Notes: generated by a model from the letters alone, not told the origin. Numbered from the stretch's first letter, positions 8,658 to 16,955 are shown. The stretch is DNA of 32,000 bases from Candidatus Electronema halotolerans (GCA_942493095.1 OW818675.1:1350001-1382000), one strand, 5' to 3'. Numbers and translations are program-made.

Positions 8658-8869
8658 GATGACAAACCGGGCTGTTCATGTTCTGACAATATCTCGCTGA
8701 TCCGCTCCCGCGCTCGGAACAACGGCCAGCTCCTTCTCGGTATATTATCATACGGGGCTTGACACCTGACTTGCGGAAGAACGTTCATTGCTGTGCGGAG
8801 GATGATATTTTATCGCCGCCGGACTGCGGAGGCTGAAATTCTTGCATGTCTCGCCCTCCTCCATTGCCC

Positions 8870-8906
8870 AAAAAAAGCCCCTGCCAAAAATATAGCAGAG
8901 GCTTTT
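8870..8906 (-). terminator. Rho-independent terminator downstream of the RCC1-repeat gene
   Basis: Stem AGCCCCTGC / GCAGAGGCT with one mismatch. On the minus strand it is followed by TTTTTTT. Confidence 0.6.
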
Positions 8907-9276
8907 CGTTGACCAGCAGGCAGGCTCCTGCTGGTTATGAGGCTGATTTCACAGCAGCAGTTGATAGACCGCTTGAAGTGATTTGCTGCGGTAATTGGCA
9001 GGCAAAATAATTTGCACTGGTGTTTCCCGCCAAGCGGTTCCATCACCAAGCTGACCTTCATCGTTGCTTCCCCATGCCCAGAACGTACCGTCCTGCTTCA
9101 GGGCAACTGTGTGAGAATATCCCGCACTCACTGCCTGCCACGTGCTGTCGGCACCGATCTGCACAGGACTGTTTTTGCTCTCTGTTGTGCTGTCGCCGAG
9201 CTGTCCGTAACTGTTGCGTCCCCACGCCCAAAGCGTGCCGTCAGCTTTCAGGGCAACAGTATGATCCCATCCCGCA

Positions 9277-9386
9277 CTCACCGCCTGCCACGTATCCGTG
9301 CCAATCTGCACCGGACTGGTTTTTTGTTCGGTTGTTCCGTCACCCAATTGACCGTAAGAGTTAGCCCCCACGCCCAGAGACTGCCG
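9277..9386. repeat. Internal 110-bp repeat copy A, identical to 10450-10560 except for a C5 versus C6 run
   Basis: Direct base-by-base comparison of the two segments. The only difference is the C-run at 9365-9369 (C5) versus 10538-10543 (C6). Confidence 0.9.
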
Positions 9387-10449
9387 TCAGCTTTCAGGGC
9401 AACAGTATGATCCCATCCAGCACTTACCGCCTGCCACTGATCTGTGCCGATTTGCACCGGACTGGTTCTTTGTTCGGTTGTTCCGTCGCCCAACTCTCCG
9501 TCATAGTTCGATCCCCACGCCCAGAGGGCACCGTCTGACTTCAGCGCAACAATATAATAACCACCAGCAGCCACCGACTGCCACGTATCTGTGCCGATTT
9601 GCACCGGACTGCTTTTGTTCCCCGTTGTTCCGTCTCCCAACTCTCCGTCATAGTTCCATCCCCACGCCCAGAGTGTACCGTCCTGCTTCAGCGCGACCGT
9701 ATGAGAAGAACCCGCAGCCACCGCCTGCCACGTATCTGTGCCGATTTGCACCGGGTTGCTTTTGTTCTCCGTTGTGCCGTCGCCAAGCTGGCCAGAGTGG
9801 TTCCATCCCCACGCCCAGAGTGTACCGTCAGCTTTCGGGGCAACTGTGAGAATATCTCGCACTCACCGCCTGCCACGTATCCATGCCGATTTGCACCGGG
9901 CTGCTTTTGTTCTCCGTTGTGCCGTCGCCAAGCTGGCCGTACAAGTTCCATCCCCACGCCCAGAGTGTACCGTCAGCTTTCAGGGCAACTGTGTGAGAAT
10001 ATCTCGCACTCACCGCCTGCCACGTATCCATGCCGATCTGCACAGGGCTGCTTTTGCGTCCTGTTATTCCATTGCCTATCTGACCGGAATTGTTTTGTCC
10101 CCACGCCCAGAGCGTACCGTCCTGCTTCAGGGCAACTGTGTGTGAGAACTTGCGGCCACTGCCTGCCATGTATCCGTGCTAATCTGCACCGGACTGCTTT
10201 TGCTCTCCGTTGTGCCGTCGCCGAGCTGTCCGTAGCTGTTGTATCCCCATGCCCAAAGCGTACCGTTCTGCTTCAGGGCCAGTATGATAACCCCCAGCTA
10301 TCACGCTCTGCCAGTTGTTGTCCGTGCCGATCCGCACCGGACTGTTTTTATTGTCCGTTGTGCCGTCACCAAGCTGGCCACAGTAGCTGTGTCCCCACGC
10401 CCAGAGCCTGCCGTCAGCTTTCAGGGCAACTGTGTGGACAATCCCTGCG

Positions 10450-10560
10450 CTCACCGCCTGCCACGTATCCGTGCCAATCTGCACCGGACTGGTTTTTTGT
10501 TCGGTTGTTCCGTCACCCAATTGACCGTAAGAGTTAGCCCCCCACGCCCAGAGACTGCCG
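10450..10560. repeat. Internal 111-bp repeat copy B, partner of 9277-9386
   Basis: See copy A. Confidence 0.9.
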
Positions 10561-11272
10561 CTATCCTTCAGGGCAACTGTGTGGAGAGATCCTGGCGCTG
10601 ACTGGCTCGCCACGTTAATATCTGTACTGACCTTCACTGGGCTGCTTTGCTCTCCGTCAGGCTGTCGCCGAGCTGTCCGTAGCTGTTGTATCCCCACGCC
10701 CAGAGTGTGCCGTCAGCTTTCAGGGCAATTGTGTGAGAACCACCAGCCGCCACCGCCTGCCACGTATCTATCCTGATCTGCACCGGACTGTTTTTATCGT
10801 CCGCTGTGCCGTCGCCGAGCTGTCCGTAGCTGTTGTATCCCCACGCCCAGAGGTGGTCGTCAGCTTTCAGGGTAACTGTGTGAGAATATCCCGCACTCAC
10901 CGACTGCCACGTATCCGTACCGATCTGGACTGGCCTGTTTTTATCGTCCGTTGTGCCGTCACCAAGCTGGCCATAGTAGTTGTGTCCCTCACGCCCAAAG
11001 CGTGCCGTCATCCTTCAGCACAACAGTGTGATCATCTCCGGCAGCCACTTCAACAACAGCGGCCTGCGTTTCCTGCGCAAGGCCAAACAGCGCAAGCACG
11101 CCGAAAAAAAGATAATATTTCCAAAGCCTCACTGCATTCTCCTGTAAAACAAGGTATTGTAAGAGCAGGCAATCTAACGCCTGATTTGTTGCAATTTTTT
11201 TTCAAAGCCGACTATCACAGTCGCTTCTGCCAACCAGCAAACCAATTTTTTCCAATTTTGACAAGCAAAAAA

Positions 11273-11304
11273 GGCTCTCCGATAATTTCCGGGGTTGTAA
11301 TTCC
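11273..11304. repeat. Degenerate inverted copy of the 34-bp repeat found at 11591 and 11766
   Basis: GGCTCTCCGA (reverse complement of TCGGAGAGCC) is followed by partial matches, including the reverse complement of CAACC. Roughly two thirds identity by eye. Confidence 0.4.
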
Positions 11305-11328
11305 AGTGCTTTTGGTGAATTCAAGTTC

Positions 11329-11486
11329 CAAGTGCAACTTTTTTTGGTTGCAAGAAAAGGCAGTTACGGGAGTGTCACAACTTTGCTTTTGTCGCTAACT
11401 AAGAGAAAATAATTGAAAATTTACATGAAGTATTCAAAGTGCCAGCCAACCTATGCTTTTTGGATAACCAAAAAAAGTTGCACTTG
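11329..11486. repeat. Perfect 21-bp inverted repeat pair enclosing 116 bp
   Basis: CAAGTGCAACTTTTTTTGGTT (11329-11349) and AACCAAAAAAAGTTGCACTTG (11466-11486) are exact reverse complements. Confidence 0.9.
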
Positions 11487-11590
11487 CGAGTTGAATCCAC
11501 AACTCACTTTACGGAGTAGTTGTCTCAGTAATGCTAACCAATCGGTATCACATAATTTTCGAGACAGCAACACTCAACAAGGGCACCACC

Positions 11591-11624
11591 CGATTTTGTC
11601 AACCACAGAAAAACTCGGAGAGCC
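11591..11624 (+). repeat. 34-bp direct repeat, copy 1
   Basis: CGATTTTGTCAACCACAGAAAAACTCGGAGAGCC, identical to 11766-11799. Confidence 0.9.
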
Positions 11625-11700
11625 AAACATTTTTGAAGCGATCAAAGATGCTTTCCTTGGAAGTCCTTTTATCCCCGATGCCGCAGTATAAAAAACGAGT

Positions 11701-11737
11701 AAGGCCGTCTTCAGCACTTCTGAAAACGGCCTTTTTT
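11701..11737 (+). terminator. Rho-independent terminator-like hairpin in ORF-free DNA
   Basis: Stem AAGGCCGT / ACGGCCTT with a 17-nt loop, followed by a T6 run. No credible upstream plus-strand gene. Confidence 0.5.
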
Positions 11738-11741
11738 GTCA

Positions 11742-11756
11742 GGCTGAGTAGTTACC
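11742..11756. repeat. Solo copy of the MITE terminal repeat
   Basis: GGCTGAGTAGTTACC is an exact 15-nt match to the reverse complement of the left MITE terminus at 7522-7536. I found no partner terminus within about 250 bp. Confidence 0.7.
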
Positions 11757-11765
11757 ATAGAATAA

Positions 11766-11799
11766 CGATTTTGTCAACCACAGAAAAACTCGGAGAGCC
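11766..11799 (+). repeat. 34-bp direct repeat, copy 2
   Basis: Identical to 11591-11624. Identity stops exactly at both ends. Confidence 0.9.
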
Positions 11800-11801
11800 G
11801 C

Positions 11802-11836
11802 AAAAAAGCCCCTGCCGCAATTGGCAGAGGCTTTTC
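11802..11836 (-). terminator. Rho-independent terminator downstream of the HPF-CSD gene
   Basis: Stem GCCCCTGCC / GGCAGAGGC with one mismatch. On the minus strand it is followed by TTTTTT. Confidence 0.65.
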
Positions 11837-11862
11837 ATGCGCTGCTGAGAAGAAAGAAGGAA

Positions 11863-12402
11863 TCAGGCCGCCTTGACCCAGACTGCCTGCAAGCCCCTGT
11901 CGCCTTCCTCCATTGCCAAGCTCACGCCTGCGCCCTCCTCCAGCTCGGCCATGCTGATGTCCTTCAGCGAATTGGCATGGAAAAAGACCTCCTGATCATC
12001 CAAGGTCATGATGAAGCCGTACTCGTCAAAGAGCCGCTGCACCGTGCCCTTGGTGTCGCCGCCCGGCACGCCGCCCTGCGTCTTGACGCTGACTTGATGC
12101 TTGTGATTGTGCTTCTTTTTGACAATATCTTTGAGCTGCAGACCAAGAACGTCAAAGGTCTCCACCAGCAGGGGATGCACTTTCTCACCCCAGCGCTTGA
12201 CCACCACAGTGTCGTTGGGCACTGAGGCGACAATGCTGACCTCGTAGCCGCCTTCCTTGTAGCCGGGCGTGGCCTCAATGCTGACCCGCAGATGAAGCAC
12301 GAAGTTGGCGTAATGCCGGACGAGCTTTTCCCTCTCCTCTTCGATCTTCTCCTGCCAGCCGGCCCGCATGTCAAGATTTCTGGTCTCAACTTTCAGATCC
12401 AT
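11863..12402 (-). CDS. Ribosome hibernation factor (S30AE/HPF-YfiA fold) fused to a C-terminal cold-shock domain
   Basis: ATG 12402 has GGAGG 6 nt upstream; the track start at 12414 is TTG. The N-terminus MDLKVETRNLDMRAGWQEKIEEEREKLVRHY..VSIVASVPNDTVVVKRWGEKVHPLLVETFDVLGLQLKDIVKK is HPF-like. The C-terminus GTVQRLFDEYGFIMTLDDQEVFFHANSL..LEEGAGVSLAMEEGDRGLQAVWV is CspA-like. Confidence 0.75.
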   Translation of the reverse strand: MDLKVETRNLDMRAGWQEKIEEEREKLVRHYANFVLHLRVSIEATPGYKEGGYEVSIVASVPNDTVVVKRWGEKVHPLLVETFDVLGLQLKDIVKKKHNHKHQVSVKTQGGVPGGDTKGTVQRLFDEYGFIMTLDDQEVFFHANSLKDISMAELEEGAGVSLAMEEGDRGLQAVWVKAA

Positions 12403-12747
12403 TATTTCCTCCAAGTTTTCAGCGTCAGCGACCCCATGCCGCTGCCTTGTTGTGCAGCTGTGCTGCTGCCTCCGTGGTTATCGCAATCGGCCAACCATGA
12501 CTGCGCCCTCCTGAGATGCCTCAGCCGAACAGGCTGAGATTGTGGAATCTGGAAAAAGGACGGAACAGGAAAGGATTGCGCGGCACCAGCGGAACGCAGC
12601 CGGTGTCCGGCGGTGAATGTCAGTCTTACCATATTGTTATTATAGACATTGAACTGCAAACAGGCAAGCCTTAAAAACGACATTTTCTTGACTCTGGCAG
12701 CAGAATCTTGGTACTCTGCCTGCATCAAGATCAACAGGAGACTGACA

Positions 12748-13695
12748 ATGAACCGCAAAACCGGAGTGCTGCTCCTTAACATGGGCGGGCCGCGACGGCA
12801 GCAGGATGTGCTGCCGTTTCTGCGCAATCTTTTTTCTGACCGGCAGATCATCTGCCTTGGCCCGGCCTTGCTCCAGAAGCCGCTGGCCGCCCTGATTGCC
12901 CGCCGCCGTGCGCCCAAGAGCATGGCCAATTACCAGAAAATCGGCGGCGGCTCGCCCATTGCTGAAATCACCAGCCGCCAAGCTGCGGCCTTGGAGCAGC
13001 TCTTGGCAGCAGAAGGTGACTTCATGGTTTGTCCGGCCATGCGCTACTGGCATCCTTTCACTGCTGCCGCCCTGCAAGAAATGGCTGCTGCCGGTGTGAC
13101 CGAGCTGGTCGGCCTGCCGCTTTATCCTCAGTACAGCCGGGCGACCAACGGCTCCTCGCTTCATGATCTGCATGAGCAGAACCAAAAGCTGGGCCTGCAT
13201 CTGCCGGTGCGGGAAATCCGCTCCTGGCCGACTGAGCCGGACTACATTGCCAGCCTTGCCGCCCGCATTGAGGAAGGGCTGGCCCGCTTCAACGGCAGCC
13301 AAGCGCAGGTGGTGTACAGCGCACACAGCCTGCCGCAAAAGTTTATTGACGAGGGCGACCCCTATCTTGATGAACTCCGCCAAACCATTGCCGCTCTGGA
13401 AAAGCAGACCGGCAGACAGGGCAAACTCTGCTTTCAGAGCCGCAGCGGCCCGGTGCGCTGGCTGGAGCCATCCACCGAGGACATGCTGATCCAGCTTGCT
13501 GCCGAGGGCTGCAAAAACATTCTCATGGTGCCGATTGCCTTTGTCTCGGATCATATTGAAACGCTGTATGAAATCGACATGCTCTACAAAGGCCGGGCTG
13601 AAGAGCTTGGCATGTGGCTCGAATCGACAAAAGGCTTGAATGACGAGCCGCAGTTCATCCGTGCTCTGGGTAATCTGGTTTTGGCCGCCGTCTGA
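12748..13695 (+). CDS. hemH: Ferrochelatase
   Basis: ATG 12748 preceded by CAGGAG. MNRKTGVLLLNMGGPRRQQDVLPFLRNLFSD.., ..YPQYSRATNGSS.., ..YSAHSLP.., ..QSRSGPVRWLEP.., ..VPIAFVSDHIETLYEID. Confidence 0.9.
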   Translation: MNRKTGVLLLNMGGPRRQQDVLPFLRNLFSDRQIICLGPALLQKPLAALIARRRAPKSMANYQKIGGGSPIAEITSRQAAALEQLLAAEGDFMVCPAMRYWHPFTAAALQEMAAAGVTELVGLPLYPQYSRATNGSSLHDLHEQNQKLGLHLPVREIRSWPTEPDYIASLAARIEEGLARFNGSQAQVVYSAHSLPQKFIDEGDPYLDELRQTIAALEKQTGRQGKLCFQSRSGPVRWLEPSTEDMLIQLAAEGCKNILMVPIAFVSDHIETLYEIDMLYKGRAEELGMWLESTKGLNDEPQFIRALGNLVLAAV

Positions 13696-13701
13696 TTCTG
13701 C

Positions 13702-14607
13702 TCAGGCCGCTTCCGCCATCATCATATCCTGCTGCGGCTGCTGCGCCAAGAGCGGCCAGCCCATTGCCTCGCGCTGGGCCACATAGTGCTGGGCCACCTG
13801 CCGGGCAATGTTGCGAATCCGGCCTATGTAGCGGGTCCGCTCGGCCACGCTGATTGCCTTGCGGGCATCAAGCAGGTTGAAGGTGTGCGAGCATTTCAGG
13901 CAATGGTCATAAGCGGGCAGAATCAAGTCCTTTTCCAAGAGATTGAGCGCGTCCCGCTCCCAGTTGTTGAAGTTGGTGATCAGGTCCGGGACATTGGCCT
14001 CTTCAAAGTTGAAGGTGGAGAACTCGCGTTCGGCTTGCAGGAATATCTGGCCGTAGCTCACCTCCCGGTTCCACATGATATCATAGACCGATTCTTTTTT
14101 CTGGAGATACATGGCCAGCCGCTCCAAGCCGTAGGTGATTTCCACGGTCACTGGATACAGTTCCAGCGAGCCGGCCTGCTGGAAATAGGTGAACTGGGTC
14201 ACTTCCATGCCGTCTAACCAGACTTCCCAGCCCAAGCCGGACGCGCCAAGCGTGGGCGATTCCCAGTCATCCTCGACAAAACGGATGTCATGCTCCAGCA
14301 AGTTGAGGCCGAATTTGCGCAGGCTGCCCAGATACAGCTCCTGAATATTGTGCAGCGATGGTTTGATCACCACCTGATATTGATAATAATGCTGCAAGCG
14401 GTTGGGATTTTCGCCGTAGCGTCCGTCAGTCGGACGGCGGGAGGGCTGAATGTAGGCCGCTTTCCACGGCTCTGGGCCAAGCGCTCTGAGCAGGGTGGCA
14501 GGATGAAAGGTGCCTGCGCCGACTTCCATGTCATAAGGCTGCATGATGACGCAGCCGACAGATGCCCAATACGTGTTGAGAGCAGCGATGATGTCTTGAA
14601 AATACAT
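13702..14607 (-). CDS. glyQ: Glycine--tRNA ligase alpha subunit
   Basis: 301 aa. [82 protein letters not shown] lies upstream. Confidence 0.95.
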   Translation of the reverse strand: MYFQDIIAALNTYWASVGCVIMQPYDMEVGAGTFHPATLLRALGPEPWKAAYIQPSRRPTDGRYGENPNRLQHYYQYQVVIKPSLHNIQELYLGSLRKFGLNLLEHDIRFVEDDWESPTLGASGLGWEVWLDGMEVTQFTYFQQAGSLELYPVTVEITYGLERLAMYLQKKESVYDIMWNREVSYGQIFLQAEREFSTFNFEEANVPDLITNFNNWERDALNLLEKDLILPAYDHCLKCSHTFNLLDARKAISVAERTRYIGRIRNIARQVAQHYVAQREAMGWPLLAQQPQQDMMMAEAA

Positions 14608-14676
14608 GGCCGAAACCCCTCCTGCCGGTTGAAATTGACGGTCTGCGCCGCATGACGCAGGGTGCAGGACAGTATT

Positions 14677-15117
14677 ATGGTACTTTTTTTCCCTTTGTCA
14701 ATTATGTTCCCTTTTTTCCCGCCGCCTGAACTTGTCCGCCTCCTCGGCCAAAGCCGCACTGTGGCCGTGGTCGGCCTGTCGCCCAATCCCAAGCGGCCCA
14801 GTCACCAAGTCGCTTCGTATTTGCAGACCGCCGGATACCAGATCATTCCGGTCAATCCTGGCTTTGCGGAAATTCTTGGCCAGCCCTGTCATCCTGACCT
14901 GCGTTCTGTGTCAGTGCCTGTTGATATTGTCGATATTTTCCGCAAGGCTGAGGCAGTGGAGCCGATTGTCCGCGAAGCCATTGCCATTGGCGCAAAAGTG
15001 ATCTGGATGCAGCAGGGCATTGTCAACGAAACAGCAGCCCGGCTGGCCGAAGAAGCTGGCTTGACCGTCATCATGGACCGCTGCCTGAAGATTGAGCTGG
15101 AACGGCTGCGCCGCTGA
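14677..15117 (+). CDS. CoA-binding domain protein (YccU-like)
   Basis: ..[54 protein letters not shown]. The start is uncertain: GTG 14662, ATG 14677 or ATG 14704. Confidence 0.7.
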   Translation: MVLFFPLSIMFPFFPPPELVRLLGQSRTVAVVGLSPNPKRPSHQVASYLQTAGYQIIPVNPGFAEILGQPCHPDLRSVSVPVDIVDIFRKAEAVEPIVREAIAIGAKVIWMQQGIVNETAARLAEEAGLTVIMDRCLKIELERLRR

Positions 15118-15214
15118 TGCGCTTTCCCATTGCTCGAAACGGCTATCTGGCGTATAGTTTCTGCTGAGTTTTTTGCATGCAGAGAAAAAAAACGCAACAG
15201 CGAGGTGAAACGGC

Positions 15215-15790
15215 ATGAAAGTAGTGGCATTCAACGGCAGCGCCCGCAAGGGCGGCAACACAGAGCAGCTCATCCGTTATGTGTTTGAGGAGCTGGAAAA
15301 GGAAGGCATTGACACGGAATTGGTCAATTTGGCTGGGCAGCATCCGCACGGCTGCATTGCCTGCTATCAGTGCTTTGCCAAGAAAAACCGCCGCTGCGCT
15401 GTGGATATCGACTGCATCAACGACTGCATCGCCAAGATGGATGAGGCGGACGGCATTATTCTCGGCTCGCCCACCTATTTCGCGGACATGAGTTCTGAGA
15501 TGAAGGCCCTGATTGACCGCAGCGGCATGGTTTCGCGGGCCAACGGCGACATGCACCAGCGCAAGGTCGGAGCGGCGGTGGTGGCCTACCGCCGGGGCGG
15601 AGCAATTCATGTCTTTGATTCCATCAATCATTTTTTCACCATCGGCCAGATGATCACGGTCGGCGCATCGTACTGGAATATCGGCAAAGGCCGGGAAAAA
15701 GGCGAGGTGGCTGACGATGCTGAAGGCGTGGCCACCATGCGCAGTCTCGGCCAGAACATGGCCTGGCTGCTCAAGAAACTCCACGGCTGA
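15215..15790 (+). CDS. Iron-sulfur flavoprotein / NADPH-dependent FMN reductase family protein
   Basis: MKVVAFNGSARKGGNTEQL.., a compact Cys cluster HGCIACYQCFAKKNRRCAV, and GIILGSPTYFADMSSEMKALIDRS. GAGGTGA lies upstream. Confidence 0.75.
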   Translation: MKVVAFNGSARKGGNTEQLIRYVFEELEKEGIDTELVNLAGQHPHGCIACYQCFAKKNRRCAVDIDCINDCIAKMDEADGIILGSPTYFADMSSEMKALIDRSGMVSRANGDMHQRKVGAAVVAYRRGGAIHVFDSINHFFTIGQMITVGASYWNIGKGREKGEVADDAEGVATMRSLGQNMAWLLKKLHG

Positions 15791-15815
15791 AGGGCTGGGG
15801 AAAACAAAATAACCT

Positions 15816-15845
15816 TTGACCGCAGGGCCTTCCGTGCCATATAAC
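15816..15845 (+). promoter_or_regulatory. Sigma70-type promoter candidate for the 15939-19737 operon
   Basis: TTGACC (15816-15821), 18-bp spacer, TATAAC (15840-15845), about 90 nt upstream of ATG 15939. Confidence 0.4.
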
Positions 15846-15938
15846 AAATACAGGCATATCAGTCGCAGCCAGCAGTTCCCCAGCAGATGACGCTGCTGCG
15901 GGCTGCTTTTGCGAAAACAGGCGGGAAGGAGAGTCGTC

Positions 15939-16955
15939 ATGCTGGTCATCTGCGAAGAATGCGCGAAAAAATACCACGTTGACGCGAACAAGATCAAAGG
16001 CGCACGGGCGAAATTCACCTGCAAGGTCTGCGGTCATATCATCGTGGTGGAAAAACCCAAGCCGGAGGCTGCGCCTGCGCCCGACCCCAGCCCATCCGCC
16101 TTGGAAACAGACGGCAAGGCTGAAGCCGAAAAAGCTGCGCAGCAGCCGTCGGCTGTCCCCGCTTTGGCCAAGGGCAGAGGGCGGCCTTTTGTTTTTTATC
16201 TGCTGACCGCTGCCGCCGCTGGTCTGCTGACAACAGGCTGCGCCTTCATCCTGCTCTATTTCAAATATGTGCCGGAGCTGGTTCAGCCAGAGATGGAGCT
16301 GCGCAGTCTGGCAGTGGCCACCTCCCTGCGGCAGACAGTTTCCAAGCCTCTGCAACGCAAGGATTATTTGGTGGTCAATCAGGAGGCCAAACGTGCCGCC
16401 AAACTGCCCGGCATTGCTTATGCGGCAGTGGTTGATGAAAAAGGAGCTGTGGTGGCGGGCGTTTTCAACAGCATGAGCAGCTTTGACAGTCAGTTCATCC
16501 GCCAAGTGAATGACAAGGGGTTTCCTGTTGAAGTGCTGGCCCAGAACGGCCTCAAGGCCGGGGCCAAGGAGGGCAGCGTCCGCATCAGCATGGGCGGCCA
16601 GCCAATGCATGACCGGGTGCTGGCCCTTGCCGCAACCGATGGCGAGGTGCATGTTGGCATTTTTGCCGCTGAAATGGAGAGCGCAGTGTGGAGCACCCTG
16701 CTTTCGCCGCTGCTCTTTGTGCCCTTGGCCATAGCCCTGCTGTTCATCTTTCTGCTCACGGTCCTGGTGAATGGGCTGATTGCCCGGCCAGCCCGCAGCT
16801 TGACTGGCACAGCCAACCGAATCAGTCTGGGCGAGCTGGACTTGGCCATTGCTGCGGAAGGGAGCCGGGAACTTCGCGACCTCAGCATGGCCTTGGAGCG
16901 GATGCGGCATTCTGTCAGAATCGCAGTGGAGAGACTGAACAAGCCGCCGCGTTAA
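15939..16955 (+). CDS. MJ0042-type zinc-ribbon, two-TM, Cache-like extracytoplasmic domain, HAMP protein with no output domain
   Basis: ATG 15939 preceded by GGAAGGAGAG. MLVICEECAKKYHVDANKIKGARAKFTCKVCGHIIVV; TM FVFYLLTAAAAGLLTTGCAFILLYF; a loop of about 150 aa; TM LLSPLLFVPLAIALLFIFLLTVLV; HAMP-like IARPARSLTGTANRISLGELDLAIAAEGSRELRDLSMALERMRHSV. The protein then ends. Confidence 0.7.
   Translation: MLVICEECAKKYHVDANKIKGARAKFTCKVCGHIIVVEKPKPEAAPAPDPSPSALETDGKAEAEKAAQQPSAVPALAKGRGRPFVFYLLTAAAAGLLTTGCAFILLYFKYVPELVQPEMELRSLAVATSLRQTVSKPLQRKDYLVVNQEAKRAAKLPGIAYAAVVDEKGAVVAGVFNSMSSFDSQFIRQVNDKGFPVEVLAQNGLKAGAKEGSVRISMGGQPMHDRVLALAATDGEVHVGIFAAEMESAVWSTLLSPLLFVPLAIALLFIFLLTVLVNGLIARPARSLTGTANRISLGELDLAIAAEGSRELRDLSMALERMRHSVRIAVERLNKPPR

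Larger units (their letters stand above)
7472..8774 (-). mobile_element. IS481-family insertion sequence, inactivated, with a nested MITE-like element; boundaries accurate to about 10 bp
   Basis: Imperfect terminal inverted repeats share the core TGTCAAG-NCCCG-NATGAT (left end 7479-7497, right end 8746-8764 as reverse complement). An internal DDE (rve) transposase is present. Length is about 1.1 kb once the 207-bp nested insertion is removed. Confidence 0.7.
8949..11132 (-). pseudogene. Secreted 14-blade RCC1/BLIP-II-type beta-propeller repeat protein, fragmented by six frameshifting indels
   Basis: GTG start at 11132 with AGGAGA 6 nt upstream. Signal-like N-terminus VRLWKYYLFFGVLALFGLAQETQA. 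There are 14 repeats of about 52 aa: ..[38 protein letters not shown].. They are spread over ORFs 10634..11011, 10179..10697, 9828..10169, 9278..9862 and 8949..9371. Total span is 2184 nt, a multiple of 3. Confidence 0.8.

Noticed and set aside
9277-10560. Possible DGR template/variable repeat pair, or a CRISPR-like array, in the repeat region
   Set aside because: No reverse transcriptase is nearby. The two copies differ only by a C-run length, not by adenine-specific substitutions. The periodic repeats are protein-coding blades of about 156 bp, not short repeats with unique spacers.
9012-11398. Plus-strand ORFs across the RCC1 region (for example 9599..10537 at 312 aa and 10733..11398 at 221 aa)
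   Set aside because: They are repetitive Pro/Arg/Cys-rich translations that mirror the minus-strand repeat periodicity. The minus strand gives textbook RCC1 blades.
11591-11799. A 34-bp direct repeat pair read as a minimal CRISPR array or an att-site pair
   Set aside because: There are only two copies with a 141-bp spacer, no cas genes, and no integrase in the window. It is kept as an unexplained repeat instead.
11413-11848. ORFs 11413..11691 (92 aa) and 11531..11848 (105 aa) as genes
   Set aside because: They have no SD or recognisable domains and partly consist of translated copies of the 34-bp repeat (ILSTTEKLGEP appears twice). The terminator after 11691 leaves open that the first is a gene remnant, so the region is reported as a finding instead.
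12402-13554. Minus-strand ORFs 12402..12929 and 12640..13554
   Set aside because: They are antisense to or overlap the well-supported hemH gene and have no recognisable motifs.
15143-16910. Minus-strand ORFs 15143..16024 (293 aa) and 15771..16910 (379 aa)
   Set aside because: They are antisense shadows of the flavoprotein and zinc-ribbon/HAMP genes. The plus-strand genes have SD sequences and recognisable domain motifs.
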